Origin: an uncultured archaeon
Lineage (GTDB): Archaea > Thermoproteota > Bathyarchaeia > Bathyarchaeales > Bathycorpusculaceae
Direction of reading: 5' to 3'
Length of the DNA: 64,000 nt
NCBI GenBank assembly: GCA_963810275.1
Contig: CAWENF010000022.1
Coordinates: forward strand, 1-64,000
Under the pieces are notes generated by a model. It was given only the letters and a program-made list of their open reading frames with translations. It ran no database searches and was not told where the DNA came from. Position 1 is the first letter of the stretch. The number at the start of each line of letters is the position of its first letter. The position numbers and the translations under genes are program-made. Positions 19,904-29,638 of the stretch are shown here, one piece after another.

Positions 19904-21670
19904 TTAAAGGGTTTCGCCAATTTTCTTCAACTGTCCCTTATACATCTCCACAATTTCTTTGGATGTTGTTGCGTCTTCGGGAGCTTTGTCTGTGCGGTAT
20001 TTGCCTGTGAAACGTGGAAAACGAATTGCTAATCCGCTTTCCTTACGGATGGAATTCATAGCTGCCATGTGAATGGGACTTAAAGTAACTTCAGCACCCA
20101 AAATCTCCAAAACCACTGCGGGTTCAAACCATACGTCAGCTTCCAACGTAGATTTAACTCGACTGTTGCGTTTAGGAACCACATGGTTCTGCAACATCTC
20201 ATGCAATTTGGCAAGGTCTTCGTCTGTGAAGCCCGTGCCGCATTTGGTAACAGTCTCAAAGGTGTCATCATCAGGGTTGTAAGTTGCCAGTAGCAACGCA
20301 CCGTAGGCACCTACACGTTTGCCTCTTCCATGGAAAGCGCCTACTACAACCAAGTCGACTGTATCAGTCATTTCGCTTCTATAATCGCGCTTAAACTTTA
20401 TCCATAGCCAACCACGGTTGCCCGCCTGGTAAAAGGATTCCTTGCCGACGGATTTGCACATAACTCCTTCGCAGCCGTCCTCTATGGCTTCCTCAAAAAA
20501 ATCCTCGAGCTCTTTTGTGTTTGTTACCTGTTTTTCGATGGCGGGTTTTAGGCGGTCATTTGGTTTTATTACTTCAACAAGGCGTTTTCGACGGGCGGGG
20601 AAGGGCATCTGAGTGAGGTCTTCTCCGTTTGCATAAAGCAGGTCAAAGCTGAACAGCGAAATCGGATACTGCGAAATTGCTTCTTCTACGCCATATTTAC
20701 GTCTGCGGTGCATAAGCTCTTGGAAGGGGCGCATATCCCCTGACTCTAAATCCATGGCGACGCATTCCGCCTCGAAAATAACATCTTTGGCTGCTATCTG
20801 TTCTTGGACAAGCTTGATGGCATCGGGGTACTGGTTGCTTATGTTCTCCAGCCGCCTCGAATACAAAACCACTTTGTCTCCGCTTTTATGCGCCTGAACC
20901 CGTTCCCCGTCATATTTGTATTCAACCACGCATTTACCGCCAAACTTGTCTAGTATATCGTTTGGATCGCCTAGACGTTCAGCAAGCATGGGTCGAATGG
21001 GCTCAAACACAACAACTTGGAACTTTTCGATGCCGCTTATGCCTTTGTCAGCTACCACACTGGCGACTCTTCCGAGATCGGAGGAAATGTTATAGGCGCG
21101 CTCGATTGATGCGCGGTTTTCTTTTCCGCCCCCATATGCTATGGCTAAGGCGTCGAGTACAGTCATGTCTGCGATGCCTAAGCGGAGGTTACCTGTTATT
21201 GTGCGGATAAGCCATTTGGCTTCTTTAGGCGACGCATCGGTAAGCAAACCGGAGATCAAAGCCATTTTTGTGTCTACGGTGCCGCTGCCAGAAGTCTTTG
21301 CCAGCTTATCCAGTGTCTGGTAAACCCTTTCCACAGTGAGGGTTTTTGTGAAAAAAGTGGATTGCTTGCGCTTGCTGAGTTGATGCTCGGCCGTTTCGCC
21401 TATGTCGCCGCTTTTCTCAAGTTCCTGTTGGATTACGCTGCTGCTTCCGCCTGAAGCACGCATTAAGGCTTTAATTGCAAGTTTTTCGGCTACCCCCATC
21501 TCTATACCTTCGAAGTCTGGGTATAGCTTGCCCTGCGTGAGGTAAACAACGCGGGCGATAATATGCGGGGGAGTTTTCTTTAGCAGTTCGACGAGGTGGT
21601 CGGTCATTTCTAGGCGTTTGGTGGTGGCTTCGATTTTCTCGTATGATTCTGCGATTACGGCGTAGTCCAT
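19904..21670 (-). CDS. lig: ATP-dependent DNA ligase
   Basis: EYKYDGER adenylation motif, EGVMCK, WIKFKRDY and RFPRF. Confidence 0.96.
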   Translation of the reverse strand: MDYAVIAESYEKIEATTKRLEMTDHLVELLKKTPPHIIARVVYLTQGKLYPDFEGIEMGVAEKLAIKALMRASGGSSSVIQQELEKSGDIGETAEHQLSKRKQSTFFTKTLTVERVYQTLDKLAKTSGSGTVDTKMALISGLLTDASPKEAKWLIRTITGNLRLGIADMTVLDALAIAYGGGKENRASIERAYNISSDLGRVASVVADKGISGIEKFQVVVFEPIRPMLAERLGDPNDILDKFGGKCVVEYKYDGERVQAHKSGDKVVLYSRRLENISNQYPDAIKLVQEQIAAKDVIFEAECVAMDLESGDMRPFQELMHRRRKYGVEEAISQYPISLFSFDLLYANGEDLTQMPFPARRKRLVEVIKPNDRLKPAIEKQVTNTKELEDFFEEAIEDGCEGVMCKSVGKESFYQAGNRGWLWIKFKRDYRSEMTDTVDLVVVGAFHGRGKRVGAYGALLLATYNPDDDTFETVTKCGTGFTDEDLAKLHEMLQNHVVPKRNSRVKSTLEADVWFEPAVVLEILGAEVTLSPIHMAAMNSIRKESGLAIRFPRFTGKYRTDKAPEDATTSKEIVEMYKGQLKKIGETL

Positions 21671-21770
21671 GTTTTTCCCCGTTCAGACATACTGGCTACT
21701 ACCTCTATTAAAATTGTAAGCATAGAATGCAATGAAAGAGTATATTAACCGAGTAATCCCATGCAACTGT

Positions 21771-22181
21771 ATGAACGCCGCTGTGGTTTATTTTTCTCGA
21801 ACTGGAAACACAAAGAAGCTTGCGGAAAAAATCGCGCAATCCATCCAAGCACCCCTCTTTGACGTTTCAACCACTTCAACCGCGAAAATCGCAGAGTATA
21901 ACCTTATTATTTTCGGCACCCCTGTAGAGGGCGCCAGCCCATCTAAAGAAGCCTCGGCATTTATCAGCTCAATGAGTGAGGTTTCAAACAAAAAAGTCAT
22001 CGTGTTCAACACCTATCGCTTGTTTGGTAACAGCCGCACCAATAAAGCCCTCGAAAAGGCGTTAAAAGCCAAGGGCTATGAACCCGTGTTAGCGGTGACT
22101 AAAAAGGTAAAAGCCAAAGAGATACCTGATCATAGCTCTGTAGTTGCTGAAGTTAAAGAAGCCGTAGATAAACTACAGTAA
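21771..22181 (+). CDS. Flavodoxin-family protein
   Basis: VYFSRTGNTKKLA FMN-binding loop and IFGTP. Confidence 0.88.
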   Translation: MNAAVVYFSRTGNTKKLAEKIAQSIQAPLFDVSTTSTAKIAEYNLIIFGTPVEGASPSKEASAFISSMSEVSNKKVIVFNTYRLFGNSRTNKALEKALKAKGYEPVLAVTKKVKAKEIPDHSSVVAEVKEAVDKLQ

Positions 22182-22232
22182 CAAAAAAGGAAGAAATGTA
22201 TAAATTTATTTTTCAGTAAAAAATGAGCTAAG

Positions 22233-22358
22233 TTAGGCTCCGTCGATTAAATGTGCTGTTCCGTCCGGGCAGTAGACTTTATCATACACGTCAGTTACAT
22301 TGAAGCGTCTACTGCATTCCTTCATTTGGGAGCATCCATCGCAATCTCGCGACAACAT
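22233..22358 (-). CDS. 41-aa Cys/His-rich small protein (not in ORF track)
   Basis: Hand translation MLSRDCDGCSQMKECSRRFNVTDVYDKVYCPDGTAHLIDGA*; strong AGGAGG SD upstream. Confidence 0.75.
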   Translation of the reverse strand: MLSRDCDGCSQMKECSRRFNVTDVYDKVYCPDGTAHLIDGA

Positions 22359-22554
22359 TTCTTTATTTTTCTCCTCCTATGCTTATCCTTTAGAGACTAC
22401 CAGGGTTGGATCAGCATTCTACTGATTCACACATCACTCTGATGCCTTAAGTAAAACTTCACTGAAGTGCATATGCCTCTTTTAAAGTTTATGAATAATA
22501 AAAAAGCGAAATCTGGAACAGAAAAAAAGCTGCAACTCCCTAAAAAAGGGAAAC

Positions 22555-23076
22555 TTAGAACGTTTCTTGGAAAATTACTTCGCTTCTGGAGCGTCTGGGA
22601 CGAGCGGGCGGCGACTCAGCAGAGTATCCAACTGGAACCAAAGCTACAGGCCGCATATAAGGGGGACAATTTATAATTTTTCTGACAGCCTCTTCTCTGA
22701 AAGCGCCAATCCAGCAGGTGCCTAACCCCAACCCTGTAGCAGCCAAAAGCAGATTCTCCACCGCCGCAGCGGTGTCCTGATAGCAATACAGTGTTTTGCC
22801 CCGCGTTCCGTAGGCATCTTCAGCGGCTTTCTCGTCAGCGCACACCACAAACACGGCGGAAGCTTCTTCAAGGCTTTTCTGCCCGTAAGCAGCCTTGGAA
22901 AGCGCCTGCCGAGTTCGCTCTGAAACGGCGACCACAAATGCCCAAGGCTGACTGTTCCCCGCCGACGGCGCAGCCATAGTGGCATCAACCAGTTGGTCGA
23001 GGGCCGTTTGAGTCAGCGCCACCTGTTTGTAAGTACGTATGCTTCTCCGGTTCTTAATAGCTTCAAAAATATCCAT
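22555..23076 (-). CDS. Nitroreductase-family protein
   Basis: RRSIR, APSAGNSQPW and GLGTCWIGAF motifs. Confidence 0.93.
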   Translation of the reverse strand: MDIFEAIKNRRSIRTYKQVALTQTALDQLVDATMAAPSAGNSQPWAFVVAVSERTRQALSKAAYGQKSLEEASAVFVVCADEKAAEDAYGTRGKTLYCYQDTAAAVENLLLAATGLGLGTCWIGAFREEAVRKIINCPPYMRPVALVPVGYSAESPPARPRRSRSEVIFQETF

Positions 23077-23166
23077 AGCTAATTCTCCAAATAACAGAGG
23101 TTACAAAGGAATAAAAACCATTTCACCTAAAACGCAAGAGTCTTAAGGTCTACCGTGATGTTGTCT

Positions 23167-23234
23167 TTTGGAATGATGTGACCTAGAGTCTGAGCTTACG
23201 CAGTGAATAAGACTCGACGGGCGAACTGACCAAA
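23167..23234 (+). ncRNA. Box C/D guide sRNA (predicted target 16S Cm1402, E. coli numbering)
   Basis: Terminal stem TTTGG/CCAAA; C box ATGATGT 23173-23179; D' CTGA 23190-23193; C' GTGAATA 23203-23209; D CTGA 23226-23229. The D guide CGACGGGCG is complementary to CGCCCGUCG. Confidence 0.8.
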
Positions 23235-23632
23235 CAAATTATATGTTGGTTTTTTTAGATTTTTCAATATACAGCTTAAAAAATGTTTTCCGTTAACAGA
23301 GCATAGGTGATTATCAGCATTGTTTATCTCGTTAAATGTTTTGCCAACTCTGGACACATATACTCACCGCATTCTTGCTTAGCTACAGCAGTACTCTGAT
23401 CGCGTGTATGTTTGGGTTCCATGTTTTGGGACATAAAATTAAACTCAAGTCCAGGCGGAACCTTCAGGTAATAATGTATGTAGCTACAGGCCCAGCACCC
23501 TACAGCCTCTCTTGTGACAGGCCAAAATCCAGTTACAGCCAACATGGGGCGGAAAACTTATCAAGTCTGTAGATACCAACACAACAGCACAACACAAATA
23601 GTATGCGATGGGCAATCGAGGTGAAATAGCAA

Positions 23633-23914
23633 ATGGTTGAATTGAAAATTAACGCTTCCGAACTAAAAGTCGATGAACCAAAAATAGTCGATAAACTCAC
23701 AGACTTCCTCAAGGAAAAGACAGGCGGAGAGGTCACAAGCGACGGCAAAGAAGTCACAGTAAAAGGTGAAGGCGCAGCTATAACCAAAAAATACATACGT
23801 ATAACTATCAAAAAGTTCCTGCATAAACACGAACTAACCGAAACTTTCAGAGTCATTGGTGACGAGGAAGCCCTCAAAATAAAAGAACGCAAGCTACCAG
23901 AAGAGGAAGATTAA
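23633..23914 (+). CDS. rpl22e: Ribosomal protein eL22 (L22e)-like
   Basis: 93 aa with LTDFLKEK, ITKKYIRITIKKFLHKHELTETFRVI (cf. eukaryotic FSKRYLKYLTKKYLKK...LRVVA) and an acidic tail EEED; GAGGTGA SD. Confidence 0.8.
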   Translation: MVELKINASELKVDEPKIVDKLTDFLKEKTGGEVTSDGKEVTVKGEGAAITKKYIRITIKKFLHKHELTETFRVIGDEEALKIKERKLPEEED

Positions 23915-24065
23915 ACCCTCCACCTTTAAATTTATAATTTTCATTTTTTTGTTATTGGGAATAACAAGCGGTTTTTTGGTTGTCCTAAACACTGAACAGT
24001 TTGTTCGTGCACTTAGGATTAAATCAAAACACCTCTTTCTGCTTATTTATCCGAGGCAAATATTA

Positions 24066-24242
24066 ATGAGCCGTAAAAAACTAGCGCTAGGAACTGTTGC
24101 CGTTTTGATCTCTTTTTCATTTACAGTTGCAGTTTTAGTAACTTCTTTTTCAATTATAGAAGCCATCAACCCGATTGCAGCGGCAACAGCTATTACGGTG
24201 GCTGTAGTTGGGATAATATGGTTTAAAAAAACCAGTAACTAA
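24066..24242 (+). CDS. Small two-TM membrane protein
   Basis: 58 aa from ATG 24066; two hydrophobic helices flanked by basic ends. Confidence 0.55.
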   Translation: MSRKKLALGTVAVLISFSFTVAVLVTSFSIIEAINPIAAATAITVAVVGIIWFKKTSN

Positions 24243-24307
24243 CCTTAATCAAACTGTCAATACAAAGGTAAAAGTTTTCGAAGTTAAAATGATAAAAAAA
24301 GGATAGC

Positions 24308-24375
24308 TAAGCATGAACACCAAAAAGAAGAGAAACAGCGGCATGGCAGTTAACTTTGGGGTGTGTTCATACTTA
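24308..24375. repeat. Intergenic long imperfect inverted repeat
   Basis: Arms TAAGCATGAACAC (24308-24320) and GTGTTCATACTTA (24363-24375) match at 12/13; the mismatch becomes a G-U pair on the minus strand. Confidence 0.65.
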
Positions 24376-24599
24376 ACCAAGTATTGTGGAGTTGATTTTT
24401 GGTTAAATTTTTTTTGTCAAGGTTTATAGATTAAACTAAAAATTTTGCCAAGATTTCTTGATCTTATGAAAAGGAATGTTTAGTTTTCTGGATAGACTTT
24501 TTTGAGACTTAATTTGGGCATTTTTCACATATTGAAATCGATTTCACCTAATTTAAATACTCAAACACAGGAATATTAGCAAAAGGCGCGATTCCAAAC

Positions 24600-25544
24600 T
24601 TGACGAACCTCGTAACCATTGATGGCTTAACCAAAAAATTCGGCGCATTCAAAGCCCTGGATAACATCAACCTCCAAATCGAAGAAGGTGAAATCTTCGG
24701 CTACATCGGACCCAATGGTGCAGGCAAAACTACAACCATGAAAATCCTTGTCGGTTTAATCAGCCGATTCCAAGGCACCATCACCGTAGCCGGCTATAAC
24801 ATCGCAGAAAACCGAAAAGAAGTCTACAAACTCTTAGGCTACCTACCTCAAGCCATAGCGTTTCAGGACTGGCGCACCACAGATCACGCCCTCAAAACCT
24901 TCGGTAAACTTTCAGGCTTAACCGACAAGCAACTTGAGGAACGCATCCCTCAAACGCTGGCGATATTAGGGCTGGCGGATGTTCGCTTCAAAAAAGTATC
25001 CCAACTTTCAGGCGGCATGACACAGAAAGTAGGGTTGGCTCAGGCGTTACTTCACGAACCCAAACTCCTCGTGCTTGATGAGCCTCTTAACGGGTTGGAC
25101 CCACTGAGTCGCCGCCAATTCAAAGACATCGTCCGACAACTAGCAGCTAAAGGAGCTACTGTTCTTTTTTCCTCACACATCTTAAGTGACGTACAGGATG
25201 TAGCGGATAGGGTAGGAATAATCAACCGCGGAACCATGAAGGAAGTCGGCAATATCGACCAGCTTAAAGCGCAACTTACGAGGCAAAAAACAATTGAAGT
25301 CATGCTCGCAGGCACAAATGAAAAATGGATGCAACTCAGAAAAGTTAAAGGCATTTCAGACGTGACGCAGCCCCGAACAGGTATCGTGTTAGCAAACCTC
25401 GAAGACGGCACAAACGAGGAGCAAGTGGTCAATGACGTATTAGCTAAAGTTGTGGAGTTGGATATTCGGGTGCGGGGCGTTTGGCTTATGGAGCCGACGC
25501 TAGACCAGATTTACTTTAATTATATTTCGGAGGCTGAAAACTAA
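24600..25544 (+). CDS. ABC transporter ATP-binding protein
   Basis: [18 protein letters not shown] and SSH motifs. Confidence 0.93.
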   Translation: MTNLVTIDGLTKKFGAFKALDNINLQIEEGEIFGYIGPNGAGKTTTMKILVGLISRFQGTITVAGYNIAENRKEVYKLLGYLPQAIAFQDWRTTDHALKTFGKLSGLTDKQLEERIPQTLAILGLADVRFKKVSQLSGGMTQKVGLAQALLHEPKLLVLDEPLNGLDPLSRRQFKDIVRQLAAKGATVLFSSHILSDVQDVADRVGIINRGTMKEVGNIDQLKAQLTRQKTIEVMLAGTNEKWMQLRKVKGISDVTQPRTGIVLANLEDGTNEEQVVNDVLAKVVELDIRVRGVWLMEPTLDQIYFNYISEAEN

Positions 25545-26209
25545 TGACGCTGACACTATTGTTTAAAGACGAGCTGCAAGGCTTCTACAAATCAAAAGTT
25601 ATGATTTTCCTTTGGGTCGGGCTGCCAGTGATTGCTTTGCTTTTCCGCTTTATCCAAGTGAGCAGTTCAGGAGTAGAGATGACATTCACGTTAATTTCAA
25701 CCCTGCTTGTGTCAAGCATAGGAGGCACCCTAGCAGCTGTGATGCTAGCCGTCTTCATAATAAATGAGAAAAACCGCCACGTCTACGACCTTTTCCTAAT
25801 CCGCCCCCTCAAACGCCACGATATTCTGTTAGCAAAGTTTTTCGCAGTTTATGTTTGCGTCGCCATAGCCAGCGGCATAGCCATACTTGTCGGCATGGTA
25901 GTGGACTTCGCCACAGCAGGCGTCTTGTCAACAGCAGCCCTAACCGAGGTAGGAACATCTTTTGCAACAAGTCTATCTATGATAGGGGTTTCCTGCGGTG
26001 CAGGCGTGCTTATCGGCGTTGCGTCACCGTCGGTGCTGGTCGGCGCAATCTTAGTGATCTACGGCGGCAACCAAGCCTCAGTTATCCCCCTATTGCCAAC
26101 GATTCTAAACTTGGAGTACGCATCGGTCATAGCCATCCTTTTAGCTGCTGTAATAGCTACAGTGCTTATAGCAGGTGCTGTAGCGATATTTAACAAAAAA
26201 CAGTTCTAA
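25544..26209 (+). CDS. ABC-2-type permease
   Basis: About six TMs and EKNRHVYDLFLIRPLKRHDILLAKF; start overlaps the ATPase stop. Confidence 0.85.
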   Translation: MTLTLLFKDELQGFYKSKVMIFLWVGLPVIALLFRFIQVSSSGVEMTFTLISTLLVSSIGGTLAAVMLAVFIINEKNRHVYDLFLIRPLKRHDILLAKFFAVYVCVAIASGIAILVGMVVDFATAGVLSTAALTEVGTSFATSLSMIGVSCGAGVLIGVASPSVLVGAILVIYGGNQASVIPLLPTILNLEYASVIAILLAAVIATVLIAGAVAIFNKKQF

Positions 26210-26558
26210 CTCCCAATTTACTATGCATATGATCAACCCAAAAAATTTTTGTGTTGTACTTATAATTTCTTGATAAACCAGTCAGCTAACAAAACAGGTT
26301 AAGAAACAAAAGAGTAGTTGTCTACAAAGCACCAACTGGAAGTAGCATTGAACCACAAATCTACCTACAAAACAAAATGGGTCAACAGAATCAATGAACA
26401 AACGCTAAGTACATGTTTTCGTACGAATTGCGTAAACAATTGTATAACTTTAAAAACTTTTTCAAAATCAAGATAACCGAAAACAGGAAAGTATCAGACT
26501 ACGATCCTCGGGGCGATATTTTTAAATGCAGTACTATGCTGTTTAGAAGCGGTACCAA

Positions 26559-27038
26559 ATGACGGAAAAGTTACATCCATATGTACTTTTTCTTCCGATA
26601 GAGAAGAAAGACAAAATCTTAAGCGCCATATTCGGCTCCAAAGCAGGCGTTGACATATTACGCTTTTCCCTCAAACAGGGCATAGCCAAAAACATCTACC
26701 AAAAAGACCTAGTCAAAAAACTAAACTACTCCAACAAAACCATCATCGAAAACCTCAAATCTTTAACCAAATTGGGCGTTATTAACGAAAGTATGGAAAA
26801 AAACGAAAAAGAAGGCAGAATCATCTGGATAAAAACATATCAGCTTACAAACTTGGGCAGGTGGTTTGCGCTACTTTTAGCTGAAGAGACAGAGATAACA
26901 GAGATAGAAAAAAGCGAAATTCTACAAAGCTTGTTCCGCACATATGTTAAGCAAGTGAAGAATTTGGCAGAAGAAATTGGGATAAACAAAAAGATGCTTG
27001 AAGAAATATTCCGCGAAGAAATGAAAAACGCCGCCTAA
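26559..27038 (+). CDS. Winged-helix DNA-binding protein
   Basis: IYQKDLVKKLNYSNKTIIENLKSLTKLGVI...YQLTNLG pattern. Confidence 0.75.
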   Translation: MTEKLHPYVLFLPIEKKDKILSAIFGSKAGVDILRFSLKQGIAKNIYQKDLVKKLNYSNKTIIENLKSLTKLGVINESMEKNEKEGRIIWIKTYQLTNLGRWFALLLAEETEITEIEKSEILQSLFRTYVKQVKNLAEEIGINKKMLEEIFREEMKNAA

Positions 27039-27109
27039 ACGTTTGTTTACTTTGGAAAAAGTACTTTATAAATCAAGACTGCATTGTTGCGCTAAAAGTT
27101 ACCGTAGAA

Positions 27110-27840
27110 CACCATACGCAAAAGATTGCTGCATGCTTAGCGATCTTACTAACAATTTCCGGTTTTAGCGAGTTTTGCAGCGGATGTTTCAGCTCAAAAG
27201 TCTGATATAGAAATTATTAGCTGCAGCCAATACAATCACAACTTGGGATAATCAGTGGTCGTAAGTGAAGTGCAAAACGAGTGGTAAACATAATGACCGA
27301 CGTGACATTAGCGGGCACAATAGCAACCGCAGATGGAACCCAATCCCAATCGGGATGCTTAATTTCAGCAAGAACCCGTCTCCCATGACCAAAAATCGTC
27401 TTTCGGACATGGAGTTCCACCCCCTAATTATTGGGCAACTTCATGGTATGGCGCACCACAGTCAGCAAAATTGACCTCACCGTTTACGCAGCTTATACAA
27501 CAGAACAATATCAATACCAAAACGTGACTATAACTATCCAAACACCTGTCCCTTAAGAGGGAGTTTGTTGGATTAACTGTGACCTCAAAAACACTGGCAC
27601 CCAAAAGGCCACAAACATCATAGTATACGGAGCATTCTATAACACTTTGGCGTCACAAAACAATAACCAAACAAGCGAAAGGCACAACTTTGATCTATGG
27701 CGCGATAGGTGTAGTTTCGGCGATTGCGGCAGTTGTTGCGATAGTATTTTGTTGCGAAACCGTAGAAACAAACAGCTCAATCGAGGCCAGCCAACAGAAG
27801 TCAGTGAATCTAAAAACAAAAGCCGCCGCTCCAAAAAATA
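27110..27840 (+). pseudogene. Degraded gene for a secreted FxLYD-like Ig-domain protein with a C-terminal anchor (boundaries approximate)
   Basis: Fragments in different frames: signal-like KIAACLAILLTISG, VVVSEVQN, VTLAGTIATADG, CDLKNTGTQKATNIIVYGAFYN and TM AIGVVSAIAAVVAIVF. Includes in-frame stops as well as shifts. Confidence 0.55.
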
Positions 27841-27907
27841 AGCTAAAATAACAGTTAGCGCCCCCTCGGGAGTGTGACACCCTTTAAATATTTCCTGTAC
27901 ACAAGGT

Positions 27908-28765
27908 GTGACTATGAGTTATAGATCAAAAACAGGACGCACAGGCAGCAACAAACGACCTACCAAGACCACTCACGAAAAAAAGAAGACTAAAGAGAAA
28001 AAGCCACGCAAAACGACCAAAAAACTAAAAGAAGAAGCGCCTCAGGCTACTCCGCAACAAGTTACAGAGCGGACTTTGGGTGGAATCAGCAAGTTAGGCG
28101 ACCAAGTTTTTGCCCTATCACCGTTTAGCCAGTACTTTGACGATTGGCTTGTAAATCTCCGCCAAGTCATCTCTGAGTTTGAGACAAACCCTGCCATAAA
28201 AGCAGATGAGCAGTTCCAGAAAGAACGCACCCAAATATTTTTGGACACTGAAGCGGCTTTGGCGCAAAGCAAAATCGAAGAAGCCAACCTATCGGACGAA
28301 ACTAAAGCTTTAGCCGATAATAACCACAAAATCAGTGATGCAGATAAAGAATACGCAGAGAAAACAAGAAAGCTAAGTGATAAACGTAATAGCGAAATCC
28401 AGCAGTTAAACAACAAAATCCGCCAGTTCGAAGATGATCTGGCAGCGCATCAGAACGTTAAATTCGGGTTCTTCCAATTCGGCGAAAAGAAAAGGGCGGC
28501 ACAAAAACTCGAGCAGCTTAATAGCGACTTGTCTGCAGCTAAAAACGAGATGGAAATAACTATCCAAAACTTTACAGTAGAGCAAGATAAACTCCATGAC
28601 GCCTACGAGAAACAAAAACAGGAACTAAACGCAGAATCAGATAGGCTGCATAAAGAACTTGAAAAGCTTGAAACAGATACATCAGCAGTAGCAAGGCAGA
28701 CGGCGTGCAACGCGTTGGCTGAAGCCATAAAAGCGCTTAATGCGCGTGTTTCGCCCGCGAGTTAA
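27908..28765 (+). CDS. Coiled-coil protein with highly basic N-terminus
   Basis: K/R-rich first ~40 aa followed by a long heptad-rich helical region. Confidence 0.8.
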   Translation: MTMSYRSKTGRTGSNKRPTKTTHEKKKTKEKKPRKTTKKLKEEAPQATPQQVTERTLGGISKLGDQVFALSPFSQYFDDWLVNLRQVISEFETNPAIKADEQFQKERTQIFLDTEAALAQSKIEEANLSDETKALADNNHKISDADKEYAEKTRKLSDKRNSEIQQLNNKIRQFEDDLAAHQNVKFGFFQFGEKKRAAQKLEQLNSDLSAAKNEMEITIQNFTVEQDKLHDAYEKQKQELNAESDRLHKELEKLETDTSAVARQTACNALAEAIKALNARVSPAS

Positions 28766-28792
28766 CCCATTTTTTTGTTTATAAATTGAATT

Positions 28793-28993
28793 TTATTGAG
28801 TTTGCGATGTTTGTTCCGATTGTTCGACTAGTTGTTTTAGAGATTTAACTTCGTCGCGTAGAGCACCAACTTCGGATTCTAAACTTTTGGCTTTTGCGTC
28901 AGCCATCTTTTTAAGGTTCTCGATTTCCGCTAAAAGACTCTTTTTCTCTGCTTCAAGCGCCCTGATTTTCTCGATAGTACTTTTTAGGCTCAT
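28793..28993 (-). CDS. Small coiled-coil protein
   Basis: 66 aa of continuous Leu heptads. Confidence 0.75.
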   Translation of the reverse strand: MSLKSTIEKIRALEAEKKSLLAEIENLKKMADAKAKSLESEVGALRDEVKSLKQLVEQSEQTSQTQ

Positions 28994-29237
28994 CTTCTGT
29001 TTGTCCCCTTAACATGTTAGTATTTGGCGACTTTTGCACTTAAGACTTTTGACTTCTACCAAGAGATTAACAATCATAACAGGTAACATTCACTTGCTGA
29101 ATATGTGTCTACAATTTATAGATGCAACTTTAAATAGAAAGTTTTTTGCTTTGTCATATCTCCACTCCACACGAATCCTTTTTTCCTTCTATTATTAATT
29201 TTATTAAACCGATCAAGTTTTAAGAGAGGATTCTCTG

Positions 29238-29483
29238 CTATTTTTTCCGCATTCTTCTCAAAGCAACTACAATCAGAACAGAACCTATAGCCCAAAATAT
29301 GAACGGCATAATTTCAATAAGAGATTTCTCTAAAGGTTGTGGGAAAATCGCTATCCAAAACAATTGCCTGGACCACCACAACGCAATTAAACCTATCGAA
29401 ATCAAAACAAGTCCAGCCCCAACTTCAAAATATGAGACTCTTCTCGATTTCAAGCTTAATCTGCTAATAGTCTCTGGAATCAT
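29238..29483 (-). CDS. Small two-TM membrane protein
   Basis: Two hydrophobic helices and a basic C-terminus; start uncertain. Confidence 0.55.
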   Translation of the reverse strand: MIPETISRLSLKSRRVSYFEVGAGLVLISIGLIALWWSRQLFWIAIFPQPLEKSLIEIMPFIFWAIGSVLIVVALRRMRKK

Positions 29484-29638
29484 TGATAAGAATATTTGTG
29501 GAAATTAAAGGAAACAAACTTTTTATGAAGCTAAAGAGAGAAATTGGCGATTGTAGTTTTCTGTAAAAAAGAACTGTTTTATATAGGAAAATGCAAATTA
29601 AACATAACTAATTTGCTCGTTTGTTGGATTGTGTCTAA

